DNA of 64,000 bases from an uncultured Nitrososphaeraceae archaeon (GCA_963825865.1 CAWGVG010000023.1:1-64000); one strand, 5' to 3'. Counted from the first letter of the stretch, positions 10,106 through 22,146 are shown. The notes: generated by a model from the letters alone, not told the origin. Numbers and translations are program-made.

Positions 10106-11093
10106 TTAGATCTGAAAATCTAAACTATCAATGAAAAAGGGAGAGGAAACAATAAATAAATATTTGATCGGTCTAATTAGTATTTCAGACCTGATTCTCA
10201 GCTTACGAATTTTATCAAGTATATCTGAATGATCTGCCTCTACTTCTGTGGTTACATAAAGAAGAAGATCATTGCCAAATGGCATAGTAATACGCTTGAT
10301 CTTCTCATATTCAGCTAACACATATTTTCCTTTTCCAATCTTTGAAGCAAGCTCACTCCGTGTTTTCCATGAATTCATAGCAAGCTCAAGTGACTTTTTG
10401 CTTTCCTCGGCGCTGAGTAAGTTCTTTACACCTTGGCGGTGACGAGAGTACATTATCTTGCCATTTGTGTCACATATAGTAACTAACCTGATCTTTGGAT
10501 CGATATTAATAATATCTACATAGTGTTGCTTTATTTTAAATTCTCTAATCCTTAACAGAGAACTCATTACAAAACCAAATATTGCTCCCCATATAATATG
10601 GAATATAATTGCCATAAGTGCTATGTTTGTGATTGAATGGTTTAAGTTCTCAGACAATATCGGCTTTTGCAATGATACTGCTAGAATAACAACAATACGT
10701 TGAATGGAAGGTTGTATTAACAGGTACTGTTATCGGCAGAAATAGGATTAACCATATCACAAGGCCTGCTCCTATACCAACCAAGGAACTCTTATAAGGG
10801 TTGAGCATACGAATTTTTTTCCATCTAATCCCAATTGCTCCAAGCGCTCCTCCTAATACTGTCCCAGTCAGTAAATGTAGCCCAAAGCCCAAGTATGCTC
10901 CCGTAGTGGAATTATTAAATCCAAGGCTAATACCTATAATAGAATAGAATGTACCTATTTGCAAGAGTAATGCAAGCTCGGATACTGCAATAGCTGATGA
11001 TATAGACCAAGTTGCAATAAAACCAGCTAACGCTCCATATTTTATCCCTTTGAGTGTCACTATTAATTCATTATTATTATTGAGATTTGACAC
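10106..11093 (-). CDS. Multi-pass membrane protein fused to a C-terminal roadblock-like (DUF6659-type) domain; one frameshift near 10680
   Basis: TM helices with His (GFGLHLLTG, IFHIIWG), then IDPKIRLVTICDTNGKI...EYEKIKRITMP. Confidence 0.7.
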
Positions 11094-11338
11094 TATGTAA
11101 ACTGTCTCCCTTCTTTTCCCCTACTAATACAACCACTTGGAGCAACTCTGCGTGTTTTCCACGAATTAACTGCCAACTCAAGTGATTTTTAACCCCTTCG
11201 GGGTCGAGCAAATTCTTTACACCTTCCCGCTGTTCTGAGTACACGATTTTACCATTCAAGTCGCATATAGTAGCTGGCCTGAATCTTTGGGCCCCTATTC
11301 ATAATATCTTTGAATTTTTGCCATAATCTATAATCATA
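11077..11338 (-). pseudogene. Stand-alone DUF6659-type paralog, frameshifted or truncated
   Basis: TICDLNGKIVYSEQREGVKNLL; DNA at 11170-11290 is visibly homologous to 10380-10500. Confidence 0.6.
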
Positions 11339-11412
11339 TGCCATTATACACTATATACTAATGACTATAGACCAATCTAATAAGACTTTATTTTCCTCCC
11401 CCATAGAGTGTA

Positions 11413-11460
11413 ATGTCTAGACATAATACATCGTGGCGATGTAAATGCGATTATGTCTAG
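11413..11460. promoter_or_regulatory. Compound inverted repeat upstream of the DUF6659-type genes
   Basis: CTAGACATAAT/ATTATGTCTAG arms enclosing ACATCG-TGG-CGATGT. Confidence 0.5.
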
Positions 11461-11999
11461 GAAAAGAGAATCACTTTTTTAAAGCTCAAGAAAAAAAGCA
11501 GTTAAACCCGGCTCTGACTATATGAAAATCTTCTAGCATGTATCTATATACTGCATTGTTGGTTAGGTTTGAAGTTAACATACTCCTATGGAGAGGAATG
11601 GAACTTAGCATTTGGCGATAATATTTAGGTTATTCAGCTATCACTCCATCAATTGTAATGTTTCTATCCAATAATTTGACAATTAGGTTCATTAATTATG
11701 AATAGAGCAAATAAAGATTAATTACTAGTATTAGAATGAAATCTTTTAAATTTAATTTAACTGCAGTTACTGCAGTTACTAGGGTGAATGTATTTGAGCT
11801 GAAAGAAAAAAAATGGTGTAATGTCCATGGTCCTGATAGTTGATGGAAAATAATGAAAACTATTACAAGTAATTTACACTACTCGATTATTCTGATAACC
11901 TTTTTTTCCATCAATACACCGTAATTAAGGAAGCATTTAACCTAACGTACTGTTTATATGATCTTAGGATGAGTCAAATTAAAAATTCTGATAGGTCTT

Positions 12000-12317
12000 T
12001 TGTTGTTGCTGCCTTCTACTAATGCAGAGTATGCATATATAATAGAAGACCAAGACGTTTGGTTTATAGACTATATTATAGGAATTGCATTTAAAACACC
12101 TGTAGATTATTCAACATCTAAAAAAGTACACGATGATAATACTACTAACACACACACACACACACACACAAAAAACGGACTTCTAGAATCAGGAAGACCA
12201 TATAGAGAGTTTTACGATATCAAAGACTTTCAAGATTATATGGAAGATAAAACTTGTCAAGAAATTGTCATAGAATCATCAGTAGAATCCTTTAACAAAC
12301 ATGGAAAAGGACGATAG
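12000..12317 (+). CDS. Hypothetical protein containing a (CA)11 tract
   Basis: 105-aa ORF with no recognised family. Confidence 0.3.
   Translation: MLLLPSTNAEYAYIIEDQDVWFIDYIIGIAFKTPVDYSTSKKVHDDNTTNTHTHTHTKNGLLESGRPYREFYDIKDFQDYMEDKTCQEIVIESSVESFNKHGKGR
12149..12170 (+). repeat. (CA)11 dinucleotide microsatellite
   Basis: Seen directly in the sequence. Confidence 0.9.
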
Positions 12318-12801
12318 GAGAATAATATGGCATGTTAGTATTAATTAATCACCCTAAAGAGTTTAGTTAGTGAGTGGATAAGAGCACTCCTAATAAGCTC
12401 AGGTTAATTACATTAGAATGTTCCTTGTAAAAGATGTGAATAAGAGCTCCTATTCATTGGTTTTTAATAAAGCAATAACGAAATCCGAAGCAATAAAATC
12501 TGCTCACAAGGTTGGTTGGAAGATGGGACAACTAAAAAATAAAACGCACGACCAGTAATGCAAACTCACCGACAGCTCAAATAACTCAAGTAAAACATGT
12601 CAGCAGGTGAACCTTATACGCATTCTTTGTAGCTGGAGAATTATATCCCTAGCAGTATTTTACATGAGGTGTAGCTTTCCAATTCTAACTTGGTAACACC
12701 ATCGTTTGTATTTTTATTGGCAACGGTAGCGGTGGTAATACTCATAGCAGTATTCATCCCTCATTTAGAAGCCTCCAGATAAAGTATACTAAAAGGTTTA
12801 G

Positions 12802-13227
12802 TTAACTAAACTCTTTAAACTCCAGTGTATCGAAATCTGTCCAAATATTCCTACCGGTGAATGAAAAAATCTGAAAATGTAGATGTGGAATATAGGTATA
12901 CCCTGTCATTCCAACTTTGGCTATTTCTTGACCTGCATAAACACGCTGACCTTGTTTTACTTTTGAGCTGTGATAATCCAAATGGTCGTACCTTGTATAC
13001 TCACCATTCGCATGTGCAATTGCAATAAAGTTAGTGTAAATCCAATAAATGGGATTACTTCCACCGACATTAGAATCATCTTTAACAAAAGTCACTATTC
13101 CATCTGCTGCAGCAAGTACGGGTGTATTTCTAGGAACTATCAAATCAATTGCGTTTCGAAGGTTGCCAATGTGAGCTGGAGAGGAAGTTCTATCTATACG
13201 TTGCAAGAAATTTTTTGGTACGGGCAA
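12802..13227 (-). CDS. M23 family metallopeptidase (start probably near 13285 with an indel)
   Basis: AH...AID, TPVLAAADGIV, YDHL, GQEIAKVGMTG, PHLHF. Confidence 0.9.
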   Translation of the reverse strand: MPVPKNFLQRIDRTSSPAHIGNLRNAIDLIVPRNTPVLAAADGIVTFVKDDSNVGGSNPIYWIYTNFIAIAHANGEYTRYDHLDYHSSKVKQGQRVYAGQEIAKVGMTGYTYIPHLHFQIFSFTGRNIWTDFDTLEFKEFS

Positions 13228-13441
13228 AGTGTATTTATTGGCAGCACTCGTTGTAAACAGTCCACTCCTTTTTTAGCAGATCCATAATAGAATTAAAAGC
13301 CATTAAAAATATGTTTTCCTTCAAATCTCTTTCCTCTTCTTTCATAATACTAAACATTCAGATATATGCACAAGTTGTTAATGGTTACATACCGAACATT
13401 GGCCATGCAAAAATAGCCTTCTACAGATACACATCTGCTCT

Positions 13442-14568
13442 TATACTGCCTAACATAATTTGATACAACTGTCTAAAGAACTAGTTCAATATCAATTTAG
13501 CTTGAATATGTTATGAATATACTCCGTATTCACTTTGATGTCTGTTGCAGTTTTAAACGATGCTTATAGAAATGAAAAGGATGCTAATATTCGAGAAAGG
13601 ATTTTGCTTGTAAGACGTGTCAGAATGGATAAGAAAGAAGCAGCCAGTGTATCTGAGAAAGAATTTCATAGATCTAGATGGTGGGCTTACAAATGGCTAA
13701 AGAGATTTGATAATACTGGTTTGGAAGGACTAAAGAATAAGCATAGGAGCGGTAGGCCTCCAGAAGTATCAGAAGAAATATCTACTGGGATAAGAAGAGA
13801 ATTGTCAAAAAATCAATCAGGAGGATGAATGGCTAAAGAAGTCATGAATTTGATATATGAAAGAACAGGAGTCAAATATCATGAGGTTCACATTTACAGA
13901 CTATTACACAAATGGGGTTTCAGTCCTAAAGTACCAAGAATGAGATTTGTTAATGCTGCATCAAAGGAAGAAAAAGGCAAATTTCGAAAAAAGCTAAAAG
14001 GATAATCTCGCATATACCTAAAGGATTCACTGTCGCTGTTGCTGCTGACGAATCCATCTTTACACACGATTCTTTGATTCGAAGGAAGATGTGGACTGCA
14101 GATAGAATAAGACCAATTGTAACAATGACTGGATCACATCAAAGGACTTGTGTATTTGGTGCCCTATGTATAGACGGTAGACAATTCTTCCGACAATATG
14201 ATAGCTTTAACCAATACACTTTTCTGGATTATATCAAACACATGCAAAAGAGATTTGGCCGACTGATATTGTTTATAGATAGAGCACGTCAACATCATCG
14301 CTCCAAGATGGTAAGGAAAGTACATTAAAGACAGAAGAGATGTATTAAAAGTGATATACTTTCCAAAAAAAAGGTTCGTCTGAATTTAATGCTGTTGAAG
14401 AATGCTGGAGACAGGGAAAATATGATCTGCTCGTATCGAAATACTATCCTAGATTTGAAAATCTAACATATGCCATAGCTAACTACTATAGAACAAAGCG
14501 TTTCAAACTACACATAGTCAAATATCTATCGAGGAACATGAGTTAGCGAATTAATGTTATTTGGTATA
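13442..14568 (+). mobile_element. IS630-family insertion sequence, degraded
   Basis: TA-bounded imperfect terminal inverted repeats TATAC-n4-TAACAT at both ends; HTH plus DDE transposase inside. Confidence 0.85.
13535..14546 (+). pseudogene. IS630 transposase, two-ORF type with -1 frameshift and a premature stop
   Basis: YKWLKRF..GLEGL..RSGRPP, LHKWGFSPKVP, ADES, FIDRA, EFNAVEECW; in-frame TGA at 13826. Confidence 0.85.
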
Positions 14569-14753
14569 GATTATAATTGAGTATTGCTTGATCTGCTCCT
14601 ATTTTTTAATTTCCTGCAAATCCTTTCCTATCTGATCAATACTTCCAGTTAATAGCTGTCTCTGATTGCGGTTTACATCTTTCATTAGGATCTCTGCTTT
14701 ATAACGTTCATTTCTAATCCTGTCGATATTTTTTGTATACGTTTATCCACTTG

Positions 14754-16216
<1,463 letters not shown>

Positions 16217-16290
16217 GTTATTCATAGGCAGAAAGATTAGATTTATGAAGTTTTGGTAGTCTTATTTGTAGTATAATAGGACTTCTATTT

Positions 16291-16575
16291 TCACAGCGGT
16301 TCGCCCTTACAGTATACTTGGCCTGAAATTCTACTATGAAAGTTCTTGCAGGCATAGCATTGGATAAATCCTATTTCTTTGTTGAGAACAGGACAATCGA
16401 CTGCTTCTAATTTCATACGCTTGAGCATTTTTGGACTAACTCCCTTTAGCTTCAATTTGCCTTTTTCGTCCATCATTCCAATGCTTTGTAATTCTGTTTT
16501 TGCTTCATCGGTTAGTTTAATGGATTTCTCCACTTGCTTTACAGAAACTAAATACTTTGTGTTCGAAGCTTTCAC
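16291..16575 (-). CDS. Small Cys-containing hypothetical protein of thaumarchaeal type
   Basis: EAVDCPV, FIQCYACKNF, VYCKG. Confidence 0.75.
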   Translation of the reverse strand: MKASNTKYLVSVKQVEKSIKLTDEAKTELQSIGMMDEKGKLKLKGVSPKMLKRMKLEAVDCPVLNKEIGFIQCYACKNFHSRISGQVYCKGEPL

Positions 16576-16750
16576 TCATCTGTGACAGCACAATGCAATA
16601 GAGGTATATGACCTTTCCTAAGGACCCGTATGGTAACATTTCTTTCTTTCTTTTAGGCTGTGTAAGCATCAGTCAGCTTTAATAATACTACGCACTTCTC
16701 TACTTACACAAATCGGATTTAATTTGAAACCATATTATGAATAATGATAT

Positions 16751-16788
16751 ATGTTGTTGTCAAAACATTGACAACAATATTGTCGTCA
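16751..16788. promoter_or_regulatory. Operator-like overlapping palindromes between divergent genes
   Basis: TTGTTGTCAA-AACA-TTGACAACAA (perfect) overlapped by TGACAACAAT-ATTGTCGTCA. Confidence 0.6.
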
Positions 16789-16885
16789 TAGTTTGTCTAG
16801 CAACCTTTTATCGATAAAAAAAGAAAGGCAAAACAAGGAAAAAAATTAGAGGTAGTGGGAGGAAGAGAGGAGGTATTAAAAAAAT

Positions 16886-17248
16886 ATGAAGAATCGATCA
16901 GAGATAGAAGTTATGGCATCTATACTAGATGCAGCAACAACAAATTGGGAATACAAAACTACAATTATGAATAATGCGGCAGTCTCACATTCACAATTGA
17001 TTAGATATCTTGCCATTGCAGTAGAAAGAGGTTTAGTGGAATATTCTGAGGTCAGAGACCTGTACAAAACAACAGAAGCAGGGTTACTATTCTTAGACAA
17101 ATATGCACATCTTCTTCGTCTTTTGCCTAAAATTCCCGTTTCACCAAATTTGATTCGTTATGAAGAAGAAGAGAAAGCAGAAGTAAGACAAGGAGCAGAA
17201 GAAGAAAGAGGAGAAGATTCGGTTGTCAGCGAACCAATTAGGAAATGA
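16886..17248 (+). CDS. Winged helix-turn-helix transcriptional regulator (archaeal ArsR-like)
   Basis: RSEIEVMASILDAA, KTTIM, QLIRYL, YKTTEAGLLFL; acidic tail. Confidence 0.85.
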   Translation: MKNRSEIEVMASILDAATTNWEYKTTIMNNAAVSHSQLIRYLAIAVERGLVEYSEVRDLYKTTEAGLLFLDKYAHLLRLLPKIPVSPNLIRYEEEEKAEVRQGAEEERGEDSVVSEPIRK

Positions 17249-17449
17249 GCTTGAAGAATGTTTTACTACAAGATTGTTACACTATGCGAGTTTTGCTAGC
17301 ATCTATGATTTTAGTGAATTCAGGATAGATAATATGACAAATAATAGTAATTTTTTTTCGGAAAAATGAGTGTTAGAAAAGTTATATGTGTACATTTTAA
17401 AAACACGTTGTTGATGGGTAGCTCAATCAAACTTTTTTATAATGACCAT

Positions 17450-17803
17450 CTAAAGTAATTTCAATCTGCTAGTAACTTTGTCTATTAATTCAGAGGATGC
17501 TGGACCTATTCCTAGGCACGTAGTTGTTCCAGCGGGAATCTGAGTTAGACCACTATCCTCAATTTGTACTACTGTCAGATTTAGGCTTTCAGCGTGTTTT
17601 CGCACCTCTGTTAGCTCTTTTAAACTGTGTACCTTTACAACGACTTTTGCCTGACCTGCCTCAAACCACGCATGAAACCATTTGGGATTTCGTTGCTTCG
17701 TCTTCTCCGCTCCCATAACTGCCGCATGAGCCACCTGGGCAGCCAGCTTGCCTGTGCCCATAGCCAGATCTTTTCTAACAACGATTACCTGTTTGTACTC
17801 CAC
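17450..17803 (-). CDS. pth2: Peptidyl-tRNA hydrolase 2
   Basis: KQVIVVRKDL, GKLAAQVAHA, GQAKVVVKV, DSGLTQI, GIGP. Confidence 0.97.
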   Translation of the reverse strand: MEYKQVIVVRKDLAMGTGKLAAQVAHAAVMGAEKTKQRNPKWFHAWFEAGQAKVVVKVHSLKELTEVRKHAESLNLTVVQIEDSGLTQIPAGTTTCLGIGPASSELIDKVTSRLKLL

Positions 17804-17872
17804 TTTATTATTATCTCTGCTACAGATTAATTAATAGACTATATGTAACAAATAGATTACTTATCTATTATA

Positions 17873-19084
17873 ATGTCAGGTTATTATGATGTAATAGTAG
17901 CTGGGGGAAGTATCTCCGGTTTATTAGCAGCCAGAGAAATAGCTGCAGCGGGACTTTCTGTAGCCGTCCTTGAAGAGGACTCTGAGGTTGGAACACCAGA
18001 GCACTGTGGTGGACTTGTCAGCATTGGTGGAATACAAAATCTCGGTATTATACCTTCAAGTAAGGCTATCGAGAATAAAATCAGATCCGCAAAAATTTTT
18101 TCTCCTTCAAAATGTTTTGAACTAAATGCAGAAAAACAGAAAGTGATTGTTCTAGATAGACGTGTATTTGATAAGCAGATTGCATTTCATGCCCAAAAAA
18201 TGGGTGCAGAAATTAAGATAAAGTGTTCAATGCTTTCTATTTATGGAGGGAAAAAAACTGCTGATTATAATAATAATAGTAATGCCGACTATGGTAGCAA
18301 TAATCGCAATCATTATGCCGTTAAAACATCTGATGGGCTGCTCTCATGCAATTATTTTGTAGATGCCAGAGGAGTTGGATCAATAATCCACCGTAACAGA
18401 CATGGATTATTGCAGTCTGCTCAATATGAAGTGTATGCACCATGGATCGATCGCGATACCGTTGAGGTAAAATTTGATAATGAGAGATATCCTGGATTCT
18501 TCGCATGGATTATTCCAACAGGTTCAGGAAGAGGAAAGGTTGGTGTTGCAGGGAAATCGATCAATGCTGTAAATGCCTTGAAATCATATATGGACAGTAA
18601 GGATGGCAAATATTCGGTAGTTCGCAAGGTATATGCTCCAATTTGGATCATGGGGCCGATAGGGAATTTCATTTCTGGCCGGACTGTGATAATTGGTGAT
18701 GCTGCAGGCCAAACTAAGCCAACTACAGCAGGCGGAATATACACTTGCGGAATGGGCGGAATATTGGCAGGAAGGGCAATAACAGAATCTGTAGAAAAAA
18801 ATGATGATAGTTTATTGAAGGAGTATGAAAAGAATTGGTTTTCACTTTTCAAAGGTGAATTTGAGAAAATGCTTCTTATCAGAAAGTTGCTAGAACGACT
18901 GGATAATAAGGCAATAGATGAGTTATTTTCAACAATTTCTGAAACAGAGCTCCAAGAGATTTCCAAGACAGGAGACTTTGACTTTCATTCAACAGCCTTA
19001 TCAAAAATATTGGATACAAAAGGCGCTGCAAAGATAATAAAAGCAGTGCTTGGCAATGAAATTAGGCGTTTGTTAAGCGGCTAA
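17873..19084 (+). CDS. Geranylgeranyl reductase-family FAD oxidoreductase
   Basis: N-terminal Rossmann motif, PEHCGG, LDRRVFD, FAWIIP, GDAAGQTKPTTAGGI. Confidence 0.88.
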   Translation: MSGYYDVIVAGGSISGLLAAREIAAAGLSVAVLEEDSEVGTPEHCGGLVSIGGIQNLGIIPSSKAIENKIRSAKIFSPSKCFELNAEKQKVIVLDRRVFDKQIAFHAQKMGAEIKIKCSMLSIYGGKKTADYNNNSNADYGSNNRNHYAVKTSDGLLSCNYFVDARGVGSIIHRNRHGLLQSAQYEVYAPWIDRDTVEVKFDNERYPGFFAWIIPTGSGRGKVGVAGKSINAVNALKSYMDSKDGKYSVVRKVYAPIWIMGPIGNFISGRTVIIGDAAGQTKPTTAGGIYTCGMGGILAGRAITESVEKNDDSLLKEYEKNWFSLFKGEFEKMLLIRKLLERLDNKAIDELFSTISETELQEISKTGDFDFHSTALSKILDTKGAAKIIKAVLGNEIRRLLSG

Positions 19085-19555
19085 ACAAGATATATTATAG
19101 CTATATCTTAAAATTAATATGGTGGATCTATGAAACCGATCGATATATCGCTATAATATATCCACAAAACAGATTTTCCCTAGATATCTGCCACTTTTTC
19201 ATGATATACCAGTTTAGCAAATGTTAATTCTGCCTATTTTAAGGCTTTCTGTAGGATATTGAGAGTAATGTATTATTAGTTTCGTTATGTTATATAATTA
19301 AAAGGCTATAAAATCAATCACAAAGAAATTTGGCAGAGAACAAATCCATCAAAAGGCCTGAATTTTTATAATATATATCACAGAAGAATATTTGAATAAC
19401 TATTGAAAATTATTCAACAGATTCTAGGGCATCGGGCTCTGATTGTCTAGAGTAATAACGACGTATCATCATCTGGATAAGTATTAATGTATATAGAATC
19501 TAGCAATGAGTCATCTCTAACTGCTTTAAGCTATGATGTGCTTACCCTTTTCAAT

Positions 19556-20038
19556 ATGGGACAAAAAGGCAAAGAGATAATTGAGATAAGTGTAAATGAA
19601 GTGATAAAAGACCTTAACTCTGCCTATGCTGATGAATGGCTAGCTCATTATCAGTACTTTTTATATGCTCAAGTTCTCCAAGGCATAGAAGCAGAACGGC
19701 TCAAAGAAAAACTTGAAGAGCAATCACAGGATGAAATGAATCATGCAAAGATATTAATCAATAGGATACTTGAGCTTGGAGGAAAGCCTAGCACAGATTT
19801 AGGAGCATCTTCTACATGTGGTTTTTCTCCACCCCCTGATGATCCAACAGACCTTTCTGCTATGGTAGAACTTGTTCTCAAAGGCGAGAGATGTGCAATT
19901 GAAAAATATAACAACCTTGCAAAAAAATATCACATGAAAGACCTTGTCACTCATGAGATATTTGAGGATTTCCTGAAGGACGAGGTAAGTGATGAAGAAG
20001 ATTGGGAAAGCTTTATGCCATCATTACAACAAAAATAA
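19556..20038 (+). CDS. Dps-like (DPSL/thioferritin) ferritin-family protein
   Basis: AYADEWLAHYQY, DEMNH, RILELGG, ERCAI, DEVSDEE; Cys-x24-Cys; ATG at 19556 preferred over 19487. Confidence 0.88.
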   Translation: MGQKGKEIIEISVNEVIKDLNSAYADEWLAHYQYFLYAQVLQGIEAERLKEKLEEQSQDEMNHAKILINRILELGGKPSTDLGASSTCGFSPPPDDPTDLSAMVELVLKGERCAIEKYNNLAKKYHMKDLVTHEIFEDFLKDEVSDEEDWESFMPSLQQK

Positions 20039-20151
20039 CGCCAATCAACCAAGTATAGTTAATGTTAGTGAGCGTCTTCTTGACATTCCAATTCTTTTTC
20101 TTTATCTTCCTGCATTTTATTTACTTTATGTAATATCAAAAGTTGACATCA

Positions 20152-20842
20152 TTACTTCTTGCCCGTCAGTTCGTATTTATACTGAAGTTGGCCTTCAGAA
20201 TTGTAAATTTCTGCTTTTATTGGCATAGGCATATCATGTGTCAGCCAAATTTTGCTTATTTTTGAACCAATCTTATAACTTAATATGAAAGTGTCAAATG
20301 TGCCTGCTCCGGTTTCTATTGTTTCTTTAGTCGTTACCTTTATAGGAATTGACGATAATCCTACTAAAATTATATCCCATGGTGCTCCAACGACCAAATA
20401 TTTTGGTTCTCTTGCAATATCTCTAATCGCTAAGATTGACGAATCTATGGGTTCAAAATACAAGTTGAATTTCTCGTTGACTGGGCTATCGAGAGTTAAC
20501 TGTTGTTTTGAAAGCAAAATGCTGCCCTTCCTTATGTATTGTCGCATTATTAATTATAAAGTTCACCTTCCAATCATTGCCAATATCTTTTGCAAAATCG
20601 ATTGATACTTTTGCCTCATTCAGTGAACTATGTGGTCCTATGGCAGTTAAAGAATAATTAATTATTTCTCCTTCCTTTATTTTTTCTCCTACTCTCCATA
20701 AATCAGCAGCAGTAGGTGGATTCGTGATTGAAGGGCCCGGACCAGAAAATCCTCCACCGATTGCAATAATTGTCACGCTTACACCTATTCCTAATGCAGA
20801 GAAAATTCCTGACATTAAAAAAACCTGCTGCTTCGGGGACAC
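20152..20842 (-). CDS. Membrane-anchored/secreted protein, paralog of the N-terminal domain of the upstream gene (frameshifted)
   Basis: TM anchor, WRVG, GAGTFDT, IWLTHDMPMPIKA, YKYEL. Confidence 0.7.
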
Positions 20843-21033
20843 TGATTTTAATTGATAATTGTGTTTATTTAAGCGTAGAGAAAAAAATAAGAGGATCAGT
20901 GACTTCTATTTCAAAACATGGAACCTATCCAATTTCCTCCTGTGTGACTTATCCAATATGGTCGTCATTATTGCTATTGATATGCTGATTGGAAATTCCA
21001 GTGTTTGGTCGTTACGGCTGTTCTTCTTCATCA

Positions 21034-22146
21034 TCATCCAACTACTACAACACGAAACTTTGCATTCTCTACAAAATCTCCCATGGGTTGACCTTGAACA
21101 GCATCTACACTTACCAGAACATCTGCAGGACCTGGCTTTTCAAATTTTACCGTTTGAATTGCAGTACCATCTGGAGCTTTTTGATCCTTGACATCTGTGA
21201 TTACTTTACCGCTAGAATCTGTAGCCTTGAAACTATAGCTAACAGCACTAATTACATTTTGTGAGTTGTCCTTAAAAAGGATGCCAAACTTTACATCTTT
21301 TCCAGGTACTATAGTTTGTGGTTCCCATAATAGCATTATGTAATATGTTCCACGTGCTGTTTGTATTGTTAAAGGTGATTTTGGAGTCTCAATCAGACTT
21401 TTAGGCGTAGGGGGATTCCCTTGACCTTTTGCTAAAAGATCAAATTTATACTGAACAGGTGGATTTCCTGTTGTTACATCTGCGAAAGTTGATGCTTTAA
21501 CAGGGTATGGAAGATCCTTGTTTATCCAAATATTGTTATCAACTCCCTTATGAAATGTAATTACCTTAGTGTCAAATGTTCCAGCTGGTACTGTTACCTT
21601 TGCTGCACCACCTGGTGCAATTGGCGATCCTCCTATTGATGCAATTTTACCCCAATAGGCGGCGCTTAATGATTGACCGGGTTTTGGAACAAAAGAGGCC
21701 AGCCAGTGTATTGAAGAAGTATAGGCACTTATATAAGGTAACATCTTATTTGGTGTACTGGAACTTCCTAAAACACTTAAATCCAAATCGCTTAAATGCA
21801 AAGTTCCATTAATGACTTCACCCTGATCAACTACAAATGTGGGAGCAACCCAGTACATTCCAGTGCTATTAAACTCTTTGAAATAAATAGTCATTATAAA
21901 AGGTCTAGCATTATTAGTATCTCCATTTGTGATATTGTATGTAACATACGTGTTCGGTTGAACACCTTTGCCGACATACCAGTTATTGTCATCGGCAGCA
22001 TAGGCGTTTTTTATTATCGCAACAGAACTGATTGCAATGCTTGTTATGGCTGCTGTGATTAACACAGTTACTACTGCATAAGCAAACAATCTATTCCTAA
22101 TATTGTTGGTTTCGTTCAAGATATTTGACTTTCCAATATTTGCCAT
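21034..22146 (-). CDS. Secreted two-domain protein of thaumarchaeal type
   Basis: Signal peptide ending AYA, WYVG, VTVPAGTFDT, IWINKDLPYPVKA, beta-rich C-terminal domain. Confidence 0.8.
   Translation of the reverse strand: MANIGKSNILNETNNIRNRLFAYAVVTVLITAAITSIAISSVAIIKNAYAADDNNWYVGKGVQPNTYVTYNITNGDTNNARPFIMTIYFKEFNSTGMYWVAPTFVVDQGEVINGTLHLSDLDLSVLGSSSTPNKMLPYISAYTSSIHWLASFVPKPGQSLSAAYWGKIASIGGSPIAPGGAAKVTVPAGTFDTKVITFHKGVDNNIWINKDLPYPVKASTFADVTTGNPPVQYKFDLLAKGQGNPPTPKSLIETPKSPLTIQTARGTYYIMLLWEPQTIVPGKDVKFGILFKDNSQNVISAVSYSFKATDSSGKVITDVKDQKAPDGTAIQTVKFEKPGPADVLVSVDAVQGQPMGDFVENAKFRVVVVG

Noticed and set aside
18421-18966. 181-aa antisense ORF, and similar ones inside pgk, the Vgb-like gene, the radical SAM gene and dys
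   Set aside because: Shadows of well-supported genes on the opposite strand
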